64,000 nt of DNA, taken from positions 164,226 through 228,225 of the forward strand of contig CAZNUU010000001.1 in assembly GCA_964576615.1 (NCBI GenBank), written 5' to 3'. The notes under the pieces are model-generated. The model was not told the DNA's origin and did no database searches. It worked only from the letters and a program-made list of their open reading frames with translations. Positions 1 through 8,854 of the stretch are shown piece after piece; position 1 is the first letter of the stretch; every line of letters begins with the position of its first letter. Both the position numbers and the translations under genes were made by a program. The stretch is from an uncultured Candidatus Saccharibacteria bacterium. GTDB lineage: Bacteria; Patescibacteriota; Minisyncoccia; Phycocordibacterales; DATDWN01.

Positions 1-463
1 GATCGTCCTTACTATGGTAGAGAAAAATTTTACCACCCTGAGATTTTAAAAGATCCAAAGAAGCCGGAAGAACAAAATCAACAATTTTTCTTCCCCCATC
101 AGTATCATATGGAGCCGAAACTAGGAAGGTAGCCTTAATTTGCTTTGGAAGCTTTTCCTCAGAGAGGTATTTTGCCAAAAAAAGTCCGCCCAGAGAGTGA
201 CCAATTAGAATTGTATTTTCATAGATGACATTAAGCATCTTGCTAAAAAGTATTTCCCATTCTAGATATTTTGCGTTTCTACTACTCGGCATCCATGGAG
301 TCAAAACATCATATTCCGAGTCCAGATTTGCTTGCAAATTTGTTTTCCAATCGTCTTTACGAAGACGATCCAGATCTATCTTTGCATTCTTAAGAGACTC
401 GATATACTCATCGTAGGTCACCCAAACATCACCACCGTGTATGACTAGAATCTGCTGTTTCAT
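1..463 (-). CDS. alpha/beta-fold serine hydrolase (YdeN/RBBP9-like). The 5' end is complete and the 3' end is cut by the window edge.
   Basis: Reverse-strand translation from ATG at 463-461 reads MKQQILVIHGGDVWVTYDEY...ILIGHSLGG..., with a GHSLGG nucleophile elbow. Its start overlaps the stop of the upstream ATL gene (ATGA). Not in the ORF track because it runs off the edge. Confidence 0.5.
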   Translation of the reverse strand, partial: MKQQILVIHGGDVWVTYDEYIESLKNAKIDLDRLRKDDWKTNLQANLDSEYDVLTPWMPSSRNAKYLEWEILFSKMLNVIYENTILIGHSLGGLFLAKYLSEEKLPKQIKATFLVSAPYDTDGGRKIVDFVLPASLDLLKSQGGKIFLYHSKDD

Positions 464-777
464 TTAAATTCGAATAATTTTTTATGAAAATTTTTTATTT
501 TGTCTTTCTCGATTTCGATTCCTTCTTTTTTGTAAAGTCTCATTCTCTCTTTTCTGTTTTTTTCACTAACCCAGATTCCCCCATTAGCATAAACTATTCT
601 ATGCCAAGGAATTTTATGATTGCCAGCCATCCAGGCCTTACCTAAAATCCCCGTCACTGATTGAGAAGCCATGGGGCCTCTTGCTCCAGCAGCTTTTGCT
701 ATCCTACCATATGTAGTCACCTTGCCCTTTGGCACGGAAAGAGCTAGTTTCAATACACGCTGACTAAAAGTCTGCAT
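460..777 (-). CDS. alkyltransferase-like (ATL) protein: MGMT/Ogt DNA-binding domain with the active-site Cys replaced by Trp (PWHRIV).
   Basis: VPKGKVTTYGRIAKAAG...GNHKIPWHRIV matches the Ogt C-terminal HTH plus the P-C-H-R-V motif with C changed to W, as in the ATL family. Confidence 0.6.
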   Translation of the reverse strand: MQTFSQRVLKLALSVPKGKVTTYGRIAKAAGARGPMASQSVTGILGKAWMAGNHKIPWHRIVYANGGIWVSEKNRKERMRLYKKEGIEIEKDKIKNFHKKLFEFK

Positions 778-783
778 AAATCA

Positions 784-1194
784 TTACTTGAACACAGATG
801 TACAATGAGCGCATCTTTTTGCTTCCTTTGGGATCTCACTTAAGCACTCTGGACACTTTTTTGTACCTGGCTCAGGTGAAATTTCACCTCTTTTCACCCG
901 AGCAGTTAAGGAATTCACAGGCAGGACTACAAAAAAGTAGACAGCTATAGCCACAAGAAGAAATGACAAAAGTTCATTAACAAAATCACCTATCATAAAC
1001 TTGCTCCCGTTTATGGTGAAATAAATTGATGAAAAGTCAGGCAACTTACCGACCGCCCCTATAACAGGAGTAATAATATCTTTAACTAAGGCTGAAACAA
1101 CGGTCCCGAAAGCAGCTCCTATAACCACACCCACAGCCAAGTCAACTACGTTGCCTCGTAGAATAAACGTTTTAAAATCCTTTAGCATTCTCAA
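784..1194 (-). CDS. mscL: large-conductance mechanosensitive channel MscL with a C-terminal CxxC-x13-CxxC tail.
   Basis: The N-terminus MLKDFKTFILRGNVVDLAVGVVIGAAFG is the canonical MscL TM1 signature. The C-terminus KKCPECLSEIPKEAKRCAHC is zinc-ribbon-like. Confidence 0.85.
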   Translation of the reverse strand: MRMLKDFKTFILRGNVVDLAVGVVIGAAFGTVVSALVKDIITPVIGAVGKLPDFSSIYFTINGSKFMIGDFVNELLSFLLVAIAVYFFVVLPVNSLTARVKRGEISPEPGTKKCPECLSEIPKEAKRCAHCTSVFK

Positions 1195-1197
1195 ATC

Positions 1198-1491
1198 TTA
1201 CCACACTCGATAAATTTCTCGAGAACCACTCTCATACATATCTGTATAGCCTTTCATTTTTTCCATCGCTGCTTTCATTTCCTTGGTTGGTTTCATATAT
1301 GCCTCCCAACTTTTCTCATACGCTGCAAGGTCCTTATACTTACTAACCATTATTACTCTATTATACTGGCCAGTCATGTCTGTCAGAATGTTAACCAAAT
1401 TCTTGTCCTTGGCCATAACTTCTTTAAATAATTTTGCCATCTTTGAAGCATTTCCTGGCTTACACACAAACGTATCGTGAACAATGATCAT
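1198..1491 (-). CDS. hypothetical small protein.
   Basis: 97-aa ORF co-oriented with its neighbours; no motif recognised. Confidence 0.35.
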   Translation of the reverse strand: MIIVHDTFVCKPGNASKMAKLFKEVMAKDKNLVNILTDMTGQYNRVIMVSKYKDLAAYEKSWEAYMKPTKEMKAAMEKMKGYTDMYESGSREIYRVW

Positions 1492-1539
1492 ATAAAATAA
1501 TATTAATGATAATAACAGGTATCTTAAAGCAGCCTTTCT

Positions 1540-1989
1540 TTAGCGTCTAGGAGTAGTACTGGCAAAAAACATGCCTGCTGGCCTAATTTGAATACTACTT
1601 GCAGTAAGACTGCCGTCGCTATTAGTTTGACCCATAGCAGTAATATTCTCTCCGATAGATAAATCATTTATCGAACCGGTAACCGTCTTCATCACCTCAG
1701 TACTTGATGCAATTAAAACAATTTTCGTACTACCATCTGGAGACTTGATCGTAATACCAGTGGCATCTTTTGAAATAATCTCCCCACCATTAAACCCACC
1801 CATACCACGAAGCCCCCTGCCCCCGCCAGCTCCAAACTGCACAAATTGACCACTCCTAACTGGGCCCTTATTTTTGGCATAAGTTATCCCGCCATAAAAA
1901 CCGGCAGCAATGAGAACCAAACCGATTATTCCAATCACAATTTTATTATTCATAATATTCATACGATATACATGTATATCTTGGTGCAC
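1540..1989 (-). CDS. hypothetical membrane-anchored Gly-rich protein at the end of the efflux operon.
   Basis: N-terminal TM (IVIGIIGLVLIAAGFYGG) and a GGGRGLRGMGGFNGG stretch; its start overlaps the permease stop. Confidence 0.4.
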   Translation of the reverse strand: MHQDIHVYRMNIMNNKIVIGIIGLVLIAAGFYGGITYAKNKGPVRSGQFVQFGAGGGRGLRGMGGFNGGEIISKDATGITIKSPDGSTKIVLIASSTEVMKTVTGSINDLSIGENITAMGQTNSDGSLTASSIQIRPAGMFFASTTPRR

Positions 1990-3314
1990 TATTCATAACG
2001 CAGTGCATCAATCGGATTTAAAGACGAGGCTTTCCGAGCTGGATACCATCCAAATATTATTCCAATAGCTGCAGAGACTCCGAATGCAAGAAGAATTGAG
2101 CTAAGTGAAACCGATGTCTGTAGTACACCCAAGGCTGTAACAATATACGAACCTAGCGCGCCAATTGCAATCCCAATCATTCCACTTATTAACGTTAAAA
2201 CTATTGCCTCCGTTAAAAATTGTCTGCTGATATCACTTTTGGTCGCCCCGATCGCTTTTCGTAAACCAATTTCTCGAGTTCTTTCAGTTACTGTTGTAAG
2301 CATCATATTCATAATCCCAATACCCCCAACCACCAAGGATATCCCGGCTATGGCCGTGAGGAGAAGCGTGAATGTTCCAGTAACCGAGGAAACAGCAGAT
2401 AATAGATCGTTCTGATTTAACACAGTAAAATCTGCTTGGGACGAGTCGGATATATGATGACGAGTTAAAAGAAGATTGGTGATGTCGTCTTGCACTTCTG
2501 TCATCACAGATGAATCCTGGGCTTGGACACTTACGTTTGAAACATACCTACCGCCTGCTAAATATCTCCCAGCTGTAGAGAGTGGCACAAAAATCATATC
2601 GTCTTGATTGGTAAAGCCTGTACCGCCTTTTGAAACTGTCACGCCAATAACTTTGAACTCTAGTTTATTAATTCTAATTGTTTGTCCAACGGCCTGCGCC
2701 CCTTCCCCAAATAAATCATCTCTTGCTGTAGGCCCGAGGACTGCAACTTTGGCCGCAGAGGAATCATTTGAGTCAGAAATAAAACTGCCTTCGTCGATTT
2801 GAAGATTTCGAACTGTCAGATAAGCTCCAGTAACTCCTACCACGGACGTATTTGTATTTGTGCCTTTGGCTGTAACCTGATATCGCCCCGAAAGTTCTGG
2901 AGAAACCGCGGAAATATTCGAAATGCTTTTTGAGATAGCATCTGAGTCCTCCAGAGTCAGAGTTCTTGCGGCTCCTCGGCCGGTAGAGACACCGAAGCCA
3001 CCCGGGCCTCTTTGTGCGCCGGGTAAAACTTGAATTAAATTTGAGCCGAGAGATTGAATATTCGACTGAATAGAACTTTGCGCACCTTGGCCAATCGAAA
3101 TAAGTGCGATAACAGAGGAGATGCCAATTACGATTCCAAGTACGGTTAAACCAGACCTGACTTTATTTGCAGATAATGCCGTGTACGTTTCATGTAATAA
3201 ATCATTTATGTTCATGGCGAATTCTTTTTTGATTATGAGATTTGTTATCCGAAACAATTTGTCCATCCCGAACCTGAATAATCCTAGAAGCATGCTCCGC
3301 GACCGAATGCTCAT
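1989..3314 (-). CDS. ABC transporter permease, MacB/FtsX family (likely true start about 3218 at MNINDLL).
   Basis: MacB-like periplasmic core followed by a C-terminal FtsX 4-TM domain (…IMNMMLTTVTERTREIGLRKAIGAT…). Confidence 0.8.
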   Translation of the reverse strand: MSIRSRSMLLGLFRFGMDKLFRITNLIIKKEFAMNINDLLHETYTALSANKVRSGLTVLGIVIGISSVIALISIGQGAQSSIQSNIQSLGSNLIQVLPGAQRGPGGFGVSTGRGAARTLTLEDSDAISKSISNISAVSPELSGRYQVTAKGTNTNTSVVGVTGAYLTVRNLQIDEGSFISDSNDSSAAKVAVLGPTARDDLFGEGAQAVGQTIRINKLEFKVIGVTVSKGGTGFTNQDDMIFVPLSTAGRYLAGGRYVSNVSVQAQDSSVMTEVQDDITNLLLTRHHISDSSQADFTVLNQNDLLSAVSSVTGTFTLLLTAIAGISLVVGGIGIMNMMLTTVTERTREIGLRKAIGATKSDISRQFLTEAIVLTLISGMIGIAIGALGSYIVTALGVLQTSVSLSSILLAFGVSAAIGIIFGWYPARKASSLNPIDALRYE

Positions 3315-3990
3315 GCGTTATTAAAATTACCGTCCTACCTTCTTGTTCGTTTAACTTCTGAAATGTGCCCAAGACAATTTCTCCTGTCTTTGTGTCCAAA
3401 TTGCCAGTTGGTTCATCCGCCAAAATAAGGGTTGGATTATTTACCAAAGCTCTAGCAATAGCTACTATCTGTATCTGCCCACCAGAGAGTTCATTTGACC
3501 TATGTAAAAAATGACTTTCTTCGAGTCCGGAAGAAAACAGAGCATCTCTCGCTTTACTTTCTCTCTCTTCACCCACCACTCCAGCATATATAAGCGGCAA
3601 CATAACATTGCGGAGAACAGTGGTTCGCGGCAAAAGATTAAAGGCTTGAAAAACAAATCCAATTTTATCCTTCCGAATTTTCGCAAGCTCATCGTCCTCC
3701 AAAGTGGATACGTCTTTTCCATCCAGAAAATAAGATCCGCTGGTAGGAGTATCTAGACAACCTAAAATATGCATGAGAGTTGATTTACCTGAACCAGAAG
3801 GCCCCATGATGGCCACGAACTCTCCATCTTTAATATTAAAAGTTACACCCTTTAGGGCTTCAAATGCTGCTTCACCTGTACCATAAATCTTTTTGACATC
3901 TTTTATTTCAATCATTTTATCTGGAGATAAATACAGCGTTGCCACCAGCTGCTCTAGTTCCCCCGCTTGTCGTTCTGTTTCCCCCTCCAA
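3202..3990 (-). CDS. ABC transporter ATP-binding protein (MacB/LolD-like); likely start about 3915 at MIEIKDV.
   Basis: Walker [13 protein letters not shown] signature LSGGQ, Walker [12 protein letters not shown]. Confidence 0.85.
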   Translation of the reverse strand: MEGETERQAGELEQLVATLYLSPDKMIEIKDVKKIYGTGEAAFEALKGVTFNIKDGEFVAIMGPSGSGKSTLMHILGCLDTPTSGSYFLDGKDVSTLEDDELAKIRKDKIGFVFQAFNLLPRTTVLRNVMLPLIYAGVVGEERESKARDALFSSGLEESHFLHRSNELSGGQIQIVAIARALVNNPTLILADEPTGNLDTKTGEIVLGTFQKLNEQEGRTVILITHEHSVAEHASRIIQVRDGQIVSDNKSHNQKRIRHEHK

Positions 3991-5707
3991 ACAATGACGG
4001 AGCCGTTTGAGTTGTGGTTTTTGTAGTTCCGGAAATTGTTCTTGTCACTATTTGCTCCCCAGGATCAAGTCCAGATGTGATTTCTGTATTAGTATCATCA
4101 GAGATACCAACTTCAACCGAAACTTGCCCTGGCGAAGTAGCTGATACGACACCTGTTGATCCGCCAGTATCAGTTAAAGGTGGAGTGAAAACTTGAACAA
4201 AGCTTTGACCATTTAGAGTTTTAACTGCACTCGACGGAACAGATAGAACATCAGCGTGAACATCAGTGATGATTGAAGCATTTGCCGTCATGCCTGACCT
4301 AATCCTCTCGTCCTGACTATCGAATCCGATTTTAATAGCATAAGAGACAACACCTTGGCTTACAGTTCCAACTGTATCTACTTCTGCCACCTTACCTGTA
4401 AGGGTCAGTCCATCAATAGCGTCGAATGTGAGCGTCGTCTTGTCGCCTTCTTTTATTTTTGCAGCATCAACTTCGTTTAAAGATAACTCTGCAATTTTTT
4501 GATTGGTAATGAGCGTAGCAATCGCGGCAGAATTTCCCGCTGAATCATATTTTTTTATAGAAACCTGGCCGATAACTCCATCAAATGGAGCTCGGATAAA
4601 GTAATTTGCCAAAGTATTATTCGCATCCTGTAGAGCATTCTCCGCCTTGGTAACATTGAGCTGCGCACTTCTAAGGTCTAGGGAGTCCGCACCTGCAGTT
4701 ATTTCATTTAAGGATTCTTGTTTCTCTGTTATGGCTTGCTTGTCTTGGGTAAGACTATTTGTGTCAGAGAGAAGACTTGATAAGTGGGATGCAAGTTTAC
4801 TGGAGTATGTATTTAGATTTGTAATCTGGGTATCAGCAAGAGTAATGTGGGTGAGACCATGAGCTTTGTAGGTATCGATATAAAGCTGAATAAAACCATT
4901 GGCACTTTTTACAGCTTTTGCCACAGTAGTACTAGTATCATAGGTTTCTTTCAGAACTTTCTCAATTGAATCTTTGTCTGTAGAGATACTGAGCGCTTGA
5001 TAGTCGTTAAACATCGCATCGTAAGAAGCTTGTGCCGCTAAATAATCACTATATGCTGCATCTCGAAACGACTTTGCTCTTATATCATAAGGATCGACTG
5101 CATTTTTGTAATAATCAATATTCCACTGGGAGCTAGCCGCATCACTACCGGTCAAGATATTTTTTAAATTCAAGATAATATCAGGCAAATCCACAAACGA
5201 ACTAGCTATGTCAGCCTGGCTATTACTATAGAGTGTCGCAAGATTGCTTTGGGCATTAGTTAAGGCATTTTGGGCCTGCGTCAGTGTAAGCTGGGAGGCC
5301 GGTTTTTGTAATTTCTCTAGTGCAATCTGGGCGCTCTCTAAATTTGCCTGTGCATCTCGTACTGACTTTTGCGCATCCCGTGCATCAAGCTCAGCAATTA
5401 GAGTACCGGCCGAAACTTTTTGTCCCGCAATTACTCCAACATATACCACATCACCTGAAACTTTTGACTTAATTGCTAATTCATTTGAAGATGAAACCTG
5501 ACCAGAAGCCGAAACGGAGGAAACGATTGTCGCCTTTTCAGCAGTACCTAAGACGTAGTGGGTTTGGGTGGAAGTGGTGTGCAGTTTTGAGTAAGTAGAG
5601 TAGCCGGCCGAAAGAACTAAAACTGCAATGACAAACGAGGAGACCTTGTGGATCTTCGCCCAAGCTACCCATTTTTTTAAATGCGGATTTGAAAGTATTT
5701 TATTCAT
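3917..5707 (-). CDS. HlyD-family membrane-fusion (periplasmic adaptor) protein, MacA/YknX-like.
   Basis: N-terminal TM, biotinyl-lipoyl-like hairpin (VSGDVVYVGV...AGTLIAELD), a long coiled-coil region and a C-terminal beta-domain with a Gly/Thr-rich tail. Confidence 0.75.
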   Translation of the reverse strand: MNKILSNPHLKKWVAWAKIHKVSSFVIAVLVLSAGYSTYSKLHTTSTQTHYVLGTAEKATIVSSVSASGQVSSSNELAIKSKVSGDVVYVGVIAGQKVSAGTLIAELDARDAQKSVRDAQANLESAQIALEKLQKPASQLTLTQAQNALTNAQSNLATLYSNSQADIASSFVDLPDIILNLKNILTGSDAASSQWNIDYYKNAVDPYDIRAKSFRDAAYSDYLAAQASYDAMFNDYQALSISTDKDSIEKVLKETYDTSTTVAKAVKSANGFIQLYIDTYKAHGLTHITLADTQITNLNTYSSKLASHLSSLLSDTNSLTQDKQAITEKQESLNEITAGADSLDLRSAQLNVTKAENALQDANNTLANYFIRAPFDGVIGQVSIKKYDSAGNSAAIATLITNQKIAELSLNEVDAAKIKEGDKTTLTFDAIDGLTLTGKVAEVDTVGTVSQGVVSYAIKIGFDSQDERIRSGMTANASIITDVHADVLSVPSSAVKTLNGQSFVQVFTPPLTDTGGSTGVVSATSPGQVSVEVGISDDTNTEITSGLDPGEQIVTRTISGTTKTTTQTAPSLFGGGNRTTSGGTRAAGGNAVFISR

Positions 5708-5708
5708 A

Positions 5709-6197
5709 TTAGAAGTTTTTTATAGAAGTGGTTGACTGCGGTGGAGGCAAGAGCCTTATTAGTCTTGCCTCGATCTGAGAATCATTATCAGGTGAACCGA
5801 AAACAATTACAAAATCATCTGGCTTGAGGTCACTTGGTTGTATGGTTTTATCGAAACTTCTGATTTGAGTACTAGTTGAGATAAACACAGTCTTTTCCAT
5901 ATTATCTCTCTCAGAAACTACAAAGGTCGGCAGATTTATACTTACAATTTTCCCGGCCGCACCATTTCCTTCCATGAATTTGTCGTGAAGTGAGATTTGA
6001 AATACTCTATCACCCATGCCGCCTGGCCCGGCAAAAACTCGATAGTAATGATCACCAAAACCATATGAGAATGCAGCTTTTCTGTAACCGAAAAACATGC
6101 CGGCTTGAAAAATAAGCATGGCTAAAAGAGCAATAGAAAGTCCGATTAGGACACCTTTGAACATATTGGATTTAATAAAATCTTTTATATTTTTCAT
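5709..6197 (-). CDS. hypothetical membrane protein.
   Basis: N-terminal TM; lies in the operon between the sigma/anti-sigma pair and the efflux genes. Confidence 0.4.
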   Translation of the reverse strand: MKNIKDFIKSNMFKGVLIGLSIALLAMLIFQAGMFFGYRKAAFSYGFGDHYYRVFAGPGGMGDRVFQISLHDKFMEGNGAAGKIVSINLPTFVVSERDNMEKTVFISTSTQIRSFDKTIQPSDLKPDDFVIVFGSPDNDSQIEARLIRLLPPPQSTTSIKNF

Positions 6198-6198
6198 G

Positions 6199-6573
6199 TT
6201 AATTTGCTGGGACCATTCTTATGCTCGACTTCAAAACAAAAGCCCGCAAGGAATAAAGTAAAACTAGAATAGCTGCGAGCGAGAGTGTAATCTCGGTGAT
6301 AGGAACTGAACTTACGAGCGACATAAAAAATTCTCCTGAGTGAGACAACACTACATCCCTATCACTTATCGCGAGAGAAAGATAATCGTAAAACCCTGTC
6401 TGGGAAAAATCGCTGATTAAATACTTCAAGAGGAGAACAATTGATGAAGCTGAAATGACAATTGTAGTTGTAAGAAATAGCAAATAATTTCGAGATCTTA
6501 TTTTCTCTTCTTTCTGAATACTAAGTATTACTTTTTCTCGAAGACGAGAAGGAGGATTCATATTCCCTTTCAT
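6199..6573 (-). CDS. hypothetical membrane protein; putative anti-sigma factor by position.
   Basis: Sits immediately downstream of the ECF sigma gene and has two TM segments; the call is positional only. Confidence 0.3.
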   Translation of the reverse strand: MKGNMNPPSRLREKVILSIQKEEKIRSRNYLLFLTTTIVISASSIVLLLKYLISDFSQTGFYDYLSLAISDRDVVLSHSGEFFMSLVSSVPITEITLSLAAILVLLYSLRAFVLKSSIRMVPAN

Positions 6574-6638
6574 ACAAAAACAATACGAAAAATAAGTCTA
6601 TTTTGGTGCAGTAAGGCCCTAAACAAGGGAATAGAAGT

Positions 6639-7196
6639 CTATAGAGATAGAGCTAACCTCCTGAGGGAAGCAATAGCTCGTCGATATTGACTTTTTATAG
6701 TATTCGCAGGTCGTCCAAGTATTTTTCCAATCTCTTCAAATGTTAGATCCCTTGACTCTCGTAACATCAGAACTTCCCGATATTTTGGATCAATCTGGGA
6801 TAAAAGTTTTTGAACATAGTCGATATCTTCCGCCCTTTGTATGAGATCAAGCGCGTTTGGTTCTGTATCAATAAGATTGTGAGTTAGGATATTTTTCGCA
6901 TCAGCGTCTTCGAATGCAGAGAGGTTAATCTCTTTCTTTTTTCTCAAGTGGTCAATAGCGGTATTTCTAGCAATTCTAAACAGCCAACTTTTAAAATTGT
7001 TCCCTCTTTTATACTTTCCGATATTTTTCCAGACTTTTATAAATGATTCCTGGGTAGCATCCTCGGCAATCTGCAAATCTCCGGTTAGTCTGTACAAAAA
7101 ATTATAAACATCATCCAGATAGCGACTAACTAAAGTGCTGAGTGCGTTTTCATCACCTTCGATATATGAAGAAATCAGATCTTCGTCTTTAAACAT
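6639..7196 (-). CDS. ECF-type RNA polymerase sigma-70 factor.
   Basis: From MFKDEDLISSYIEGDENA...: region 2 (FLYRLTGD...AEDATQESFIKVW) and region 4 (REVLMLRESRDLTFEEIGKILGRPANTIKSQ). The listed 310-aa ORF N-terminus is a GC-rich artefact. Confidence 0.8.
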   Translation of the reverse strand: MFKDEDLISSYIEGDENALSTLVSRYLDDVYNFLYRLTGDLQIAEDATQESFIKVWKNIGKYKRGNNFKSWLFRIARNTAIDHLRKKKEINLSAFEDADAKNILTHNLIDTEPNALDLIQRAEDIDYVQKLLSQIDPKYREVLMLRESRDLTFEEIGKILGRPANTIKSQYRRAIASLRRLALSL

Positions 7197-7216
7197 GGAG
7201 ACTATTATAGCATACT

Positions 7217-7264
7217 CGCAAAAAAGAAAGAGTCCGCGCAAAGTTGCGCATGTTGCGCGGACTC
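7217..7264 (-). terminator. Rho-independent terminator downstream of the GC-rich gene 7274..7864.
   Basis: 12-bp perfect stem GAGTCCGCGCAA/TTGCGCGGACTC (7230-7264) followed on the minus strand by TTTCTTTTTTG. Confidence 0.7.
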
Positions 7265-7273
7265 TTCGCGGAC

Positions 7274-7864
7274 TTAGGTGAAGGCGAGATAGAGTGTGAC
7301 ACCGGAGAAAATCATGGCGGTGATTTGCACCCACCAAGAATTTTCCTGCATCAGCCTCTCGACCGCTGTTCCTGCTGCATCCTTGTGATGGATGCGCAGG
7401 TGGACCGTGAGACTCGCGATTTCCCAGAGCCCAACTGTTGTGGCCAGCCAACCGCCTGCCCCCAGATACCCCGTGAGATACCACGGGATGGCAAATGCCA
7501 GGAGAACAGGACAGAGAGACCAGGCCTTGAAGTGGCCGGGAATCCAGGGATCCGGAGTTCTGACTGCCCACTCCTTCAGGGCCTCCTTCATCGGATCACT
7601 CATAGGCACAACTGTCACCCCATTGCGATCGGCCAAATCGACCAGCTTCCACATTCTATCGGTCATCTCCCGACCGAAAAACCAGAGCTCGTCGACAAAG
7701 CGGCGCTCGAAGTACCTCTCCAGGTGATCCGAACTCACATCCTCAAGAAAGATCGGGGTTACGATCTCCCTGGAAGCCTGGAGGGCTTCCAGTTCACCCA
7801 TCATCCTTCTCTCGCTTAGGGAATTGCCGCCGGATTCGGCGACCATCACAATCTTCGTGGCCAT
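7274..7864 (-). CDS. hypothetical protein with a C-terminal TM region, in a GC-rich islet.
   Basis: 196-aa ORF in a GC-rich block within a low-GC backbone; ends in hydrophobic helices and is followed by a strong terminator. Confidence 0.45.
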   Translation of the reverse strand: MATKIVMVAESGGNSLSERRMMGELEALQASREIVTPIFLEDVSSDHLERYFERRFVDELWFFGREMTDRMWKLVDLADRNGVTVVPMSDPMKEALKEWAVRTPDPWIPGHFKAWSLCPVLLAFAIPWYLTGYLGAGGWLATTVGLWEIASLTVHLRIHHKDAAGTAVERLMQENSWWVQITAMIFSGVTLYLAFT

Positions 7865-7928
7865 ATTGGCCCTCCTTCTGTCCCTATTTCTACTCTTTTA
7901 TATCTCCCCTGTCAAAGACAGTCTTGCA

Positions 7929-8426
7929 CTAGGCGTTTTCCAAATCCGCAATAATAATTTTCTTCATCTGGAGCATTGCTTGAAGTGATCTCTTGGCTTT
8001 TTCCTTATCCGGATTGTTAAGCCATGGTTCCATGTCAGGCACAATCTGCCAGGAGAAACCATACTTATCCTGAAGCCAACCACATTGTCCAGCTTCCGGA
8101 TCTGCAGAAAGATTGTTCCAGAAATGGTCAATCTCAGCTTGATCTTTGCAGTCGACAAGAAGTGATACTGCATTGTTTGGTTTAAAAATTGGCCCTCCAT
8201 CGAGACACATATAAATTTGGCCTTCTAATTCAAAAACTCCCGTTAAAACTTTACCGCCCATATCTGGCATAGGACCAACTTGCATGTCTGAGGGATATCT
8301 TTTGATATTTATAATTTTTGACTCTACTTTTTTGTTTGGATTATTGTTAAAGACCGATACATAAAAGTTCATTGCTTCTTCTGCACTCTTGTCGAACCAT
8401 AAAAACGGTGTAATTTTTTGTTTCAT
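7929..8426 (-). CDS. VOC-family protein (PhnB-like, 3-demethylubiquinone-9 3-methyltransferase-like domain).
   Basis: ITPFLWFDKSAEEAMNFYVSVF... has the typical N-terminus of this glyoxalase-fold family. Confidence 0.6.
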   Translation of the reverse strand: MKQKITPFLWFDKSAEEAMNFYVSVFNNNPNKKVESKIINIKRYPSDMQVGPMPDMGGKVLTGVFELEGQIYMCLDGGPIFKPNNAVSLLVDCKDQAEIDHFWNNLSADPEAGQCGWLQDKYGFSWQIVPDMEPWLNNPDKEKAKRSLQAMLQMKKIIIADLENA

Positions 8427-8455
8427 AGTTTAATTATAATTATTAATAACTATAT

Positions 8456-8848
8456 TTACAATTGACGACTGATAAACAAAGTAATTACAGAGACCAATCC
8501 CGTCGCAAATCCTCCCCACAACATATCGACTATTGTCGCTACATTTGACCACTCCTTGATTGTGGCAGAATTAACTAGATCATATGTACCGTACGCAACT
8601 AGTCCAAGCACTAGTCCAGAAACAAAAACGTGCATTAAGTTTTTTGAAAGATTCGGCTCGAGGATAATATAAACTATCCCAAAGACATACAAGAAATAAA
8701 AAACTACTATGGGTAAATAATTTATTTTATCCACAAACAAGAAACTCAATTGTTTTCGGTAAAACCCGCTAGCAATCACACCAACCCAAAGAGAGTCCAA
8801 AATCACATAGGATACTAAAGAAATAATGTAAAGTTTTAAAAAAGTCAT
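8456..8848 (-). CDS. small polytopic membrane protein (DUF2177-like).
   Basis: Four predicted TM helices; resembles the DUF2177 pattern. Confidence 0.4.
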   Translation of the reverse strand: MTFLKLYIISLVSYVILDSLWVGVIASGFYRKQLSFLFVDKINYLPIVVFYFLYVFGIVYIILEPNLSKNLMHVFVSGLVLGLVAYGTYDLVNSATIKEWSNVATIVDMLWGGFATGLVSVITLFISRQL

Positions 8849-8854
8849 TTTTTG

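Noticed and set aside
6639-7571. 310-aa ORF extending the ECF sigma factor upstream into the GC-rich block.
   Set aside because: The N-terminal 125 aa are Gly/Arg/Ser/Pro-rich, overlap both the 7274..7864 gene and its terminator hairpin, and have no sigma homology. The true start is Met126 (MFKDEDL) at 7196.
7244-7819. Plus-strand 191-aa ORF in the GC-rich islet.
   Set aside because: Shadow frame of the minus-strand 7274..7864 ORF, which has a more protein-like hydrophobic C-terminus and a proper terminator. High GC inflates ORF length in all frames.
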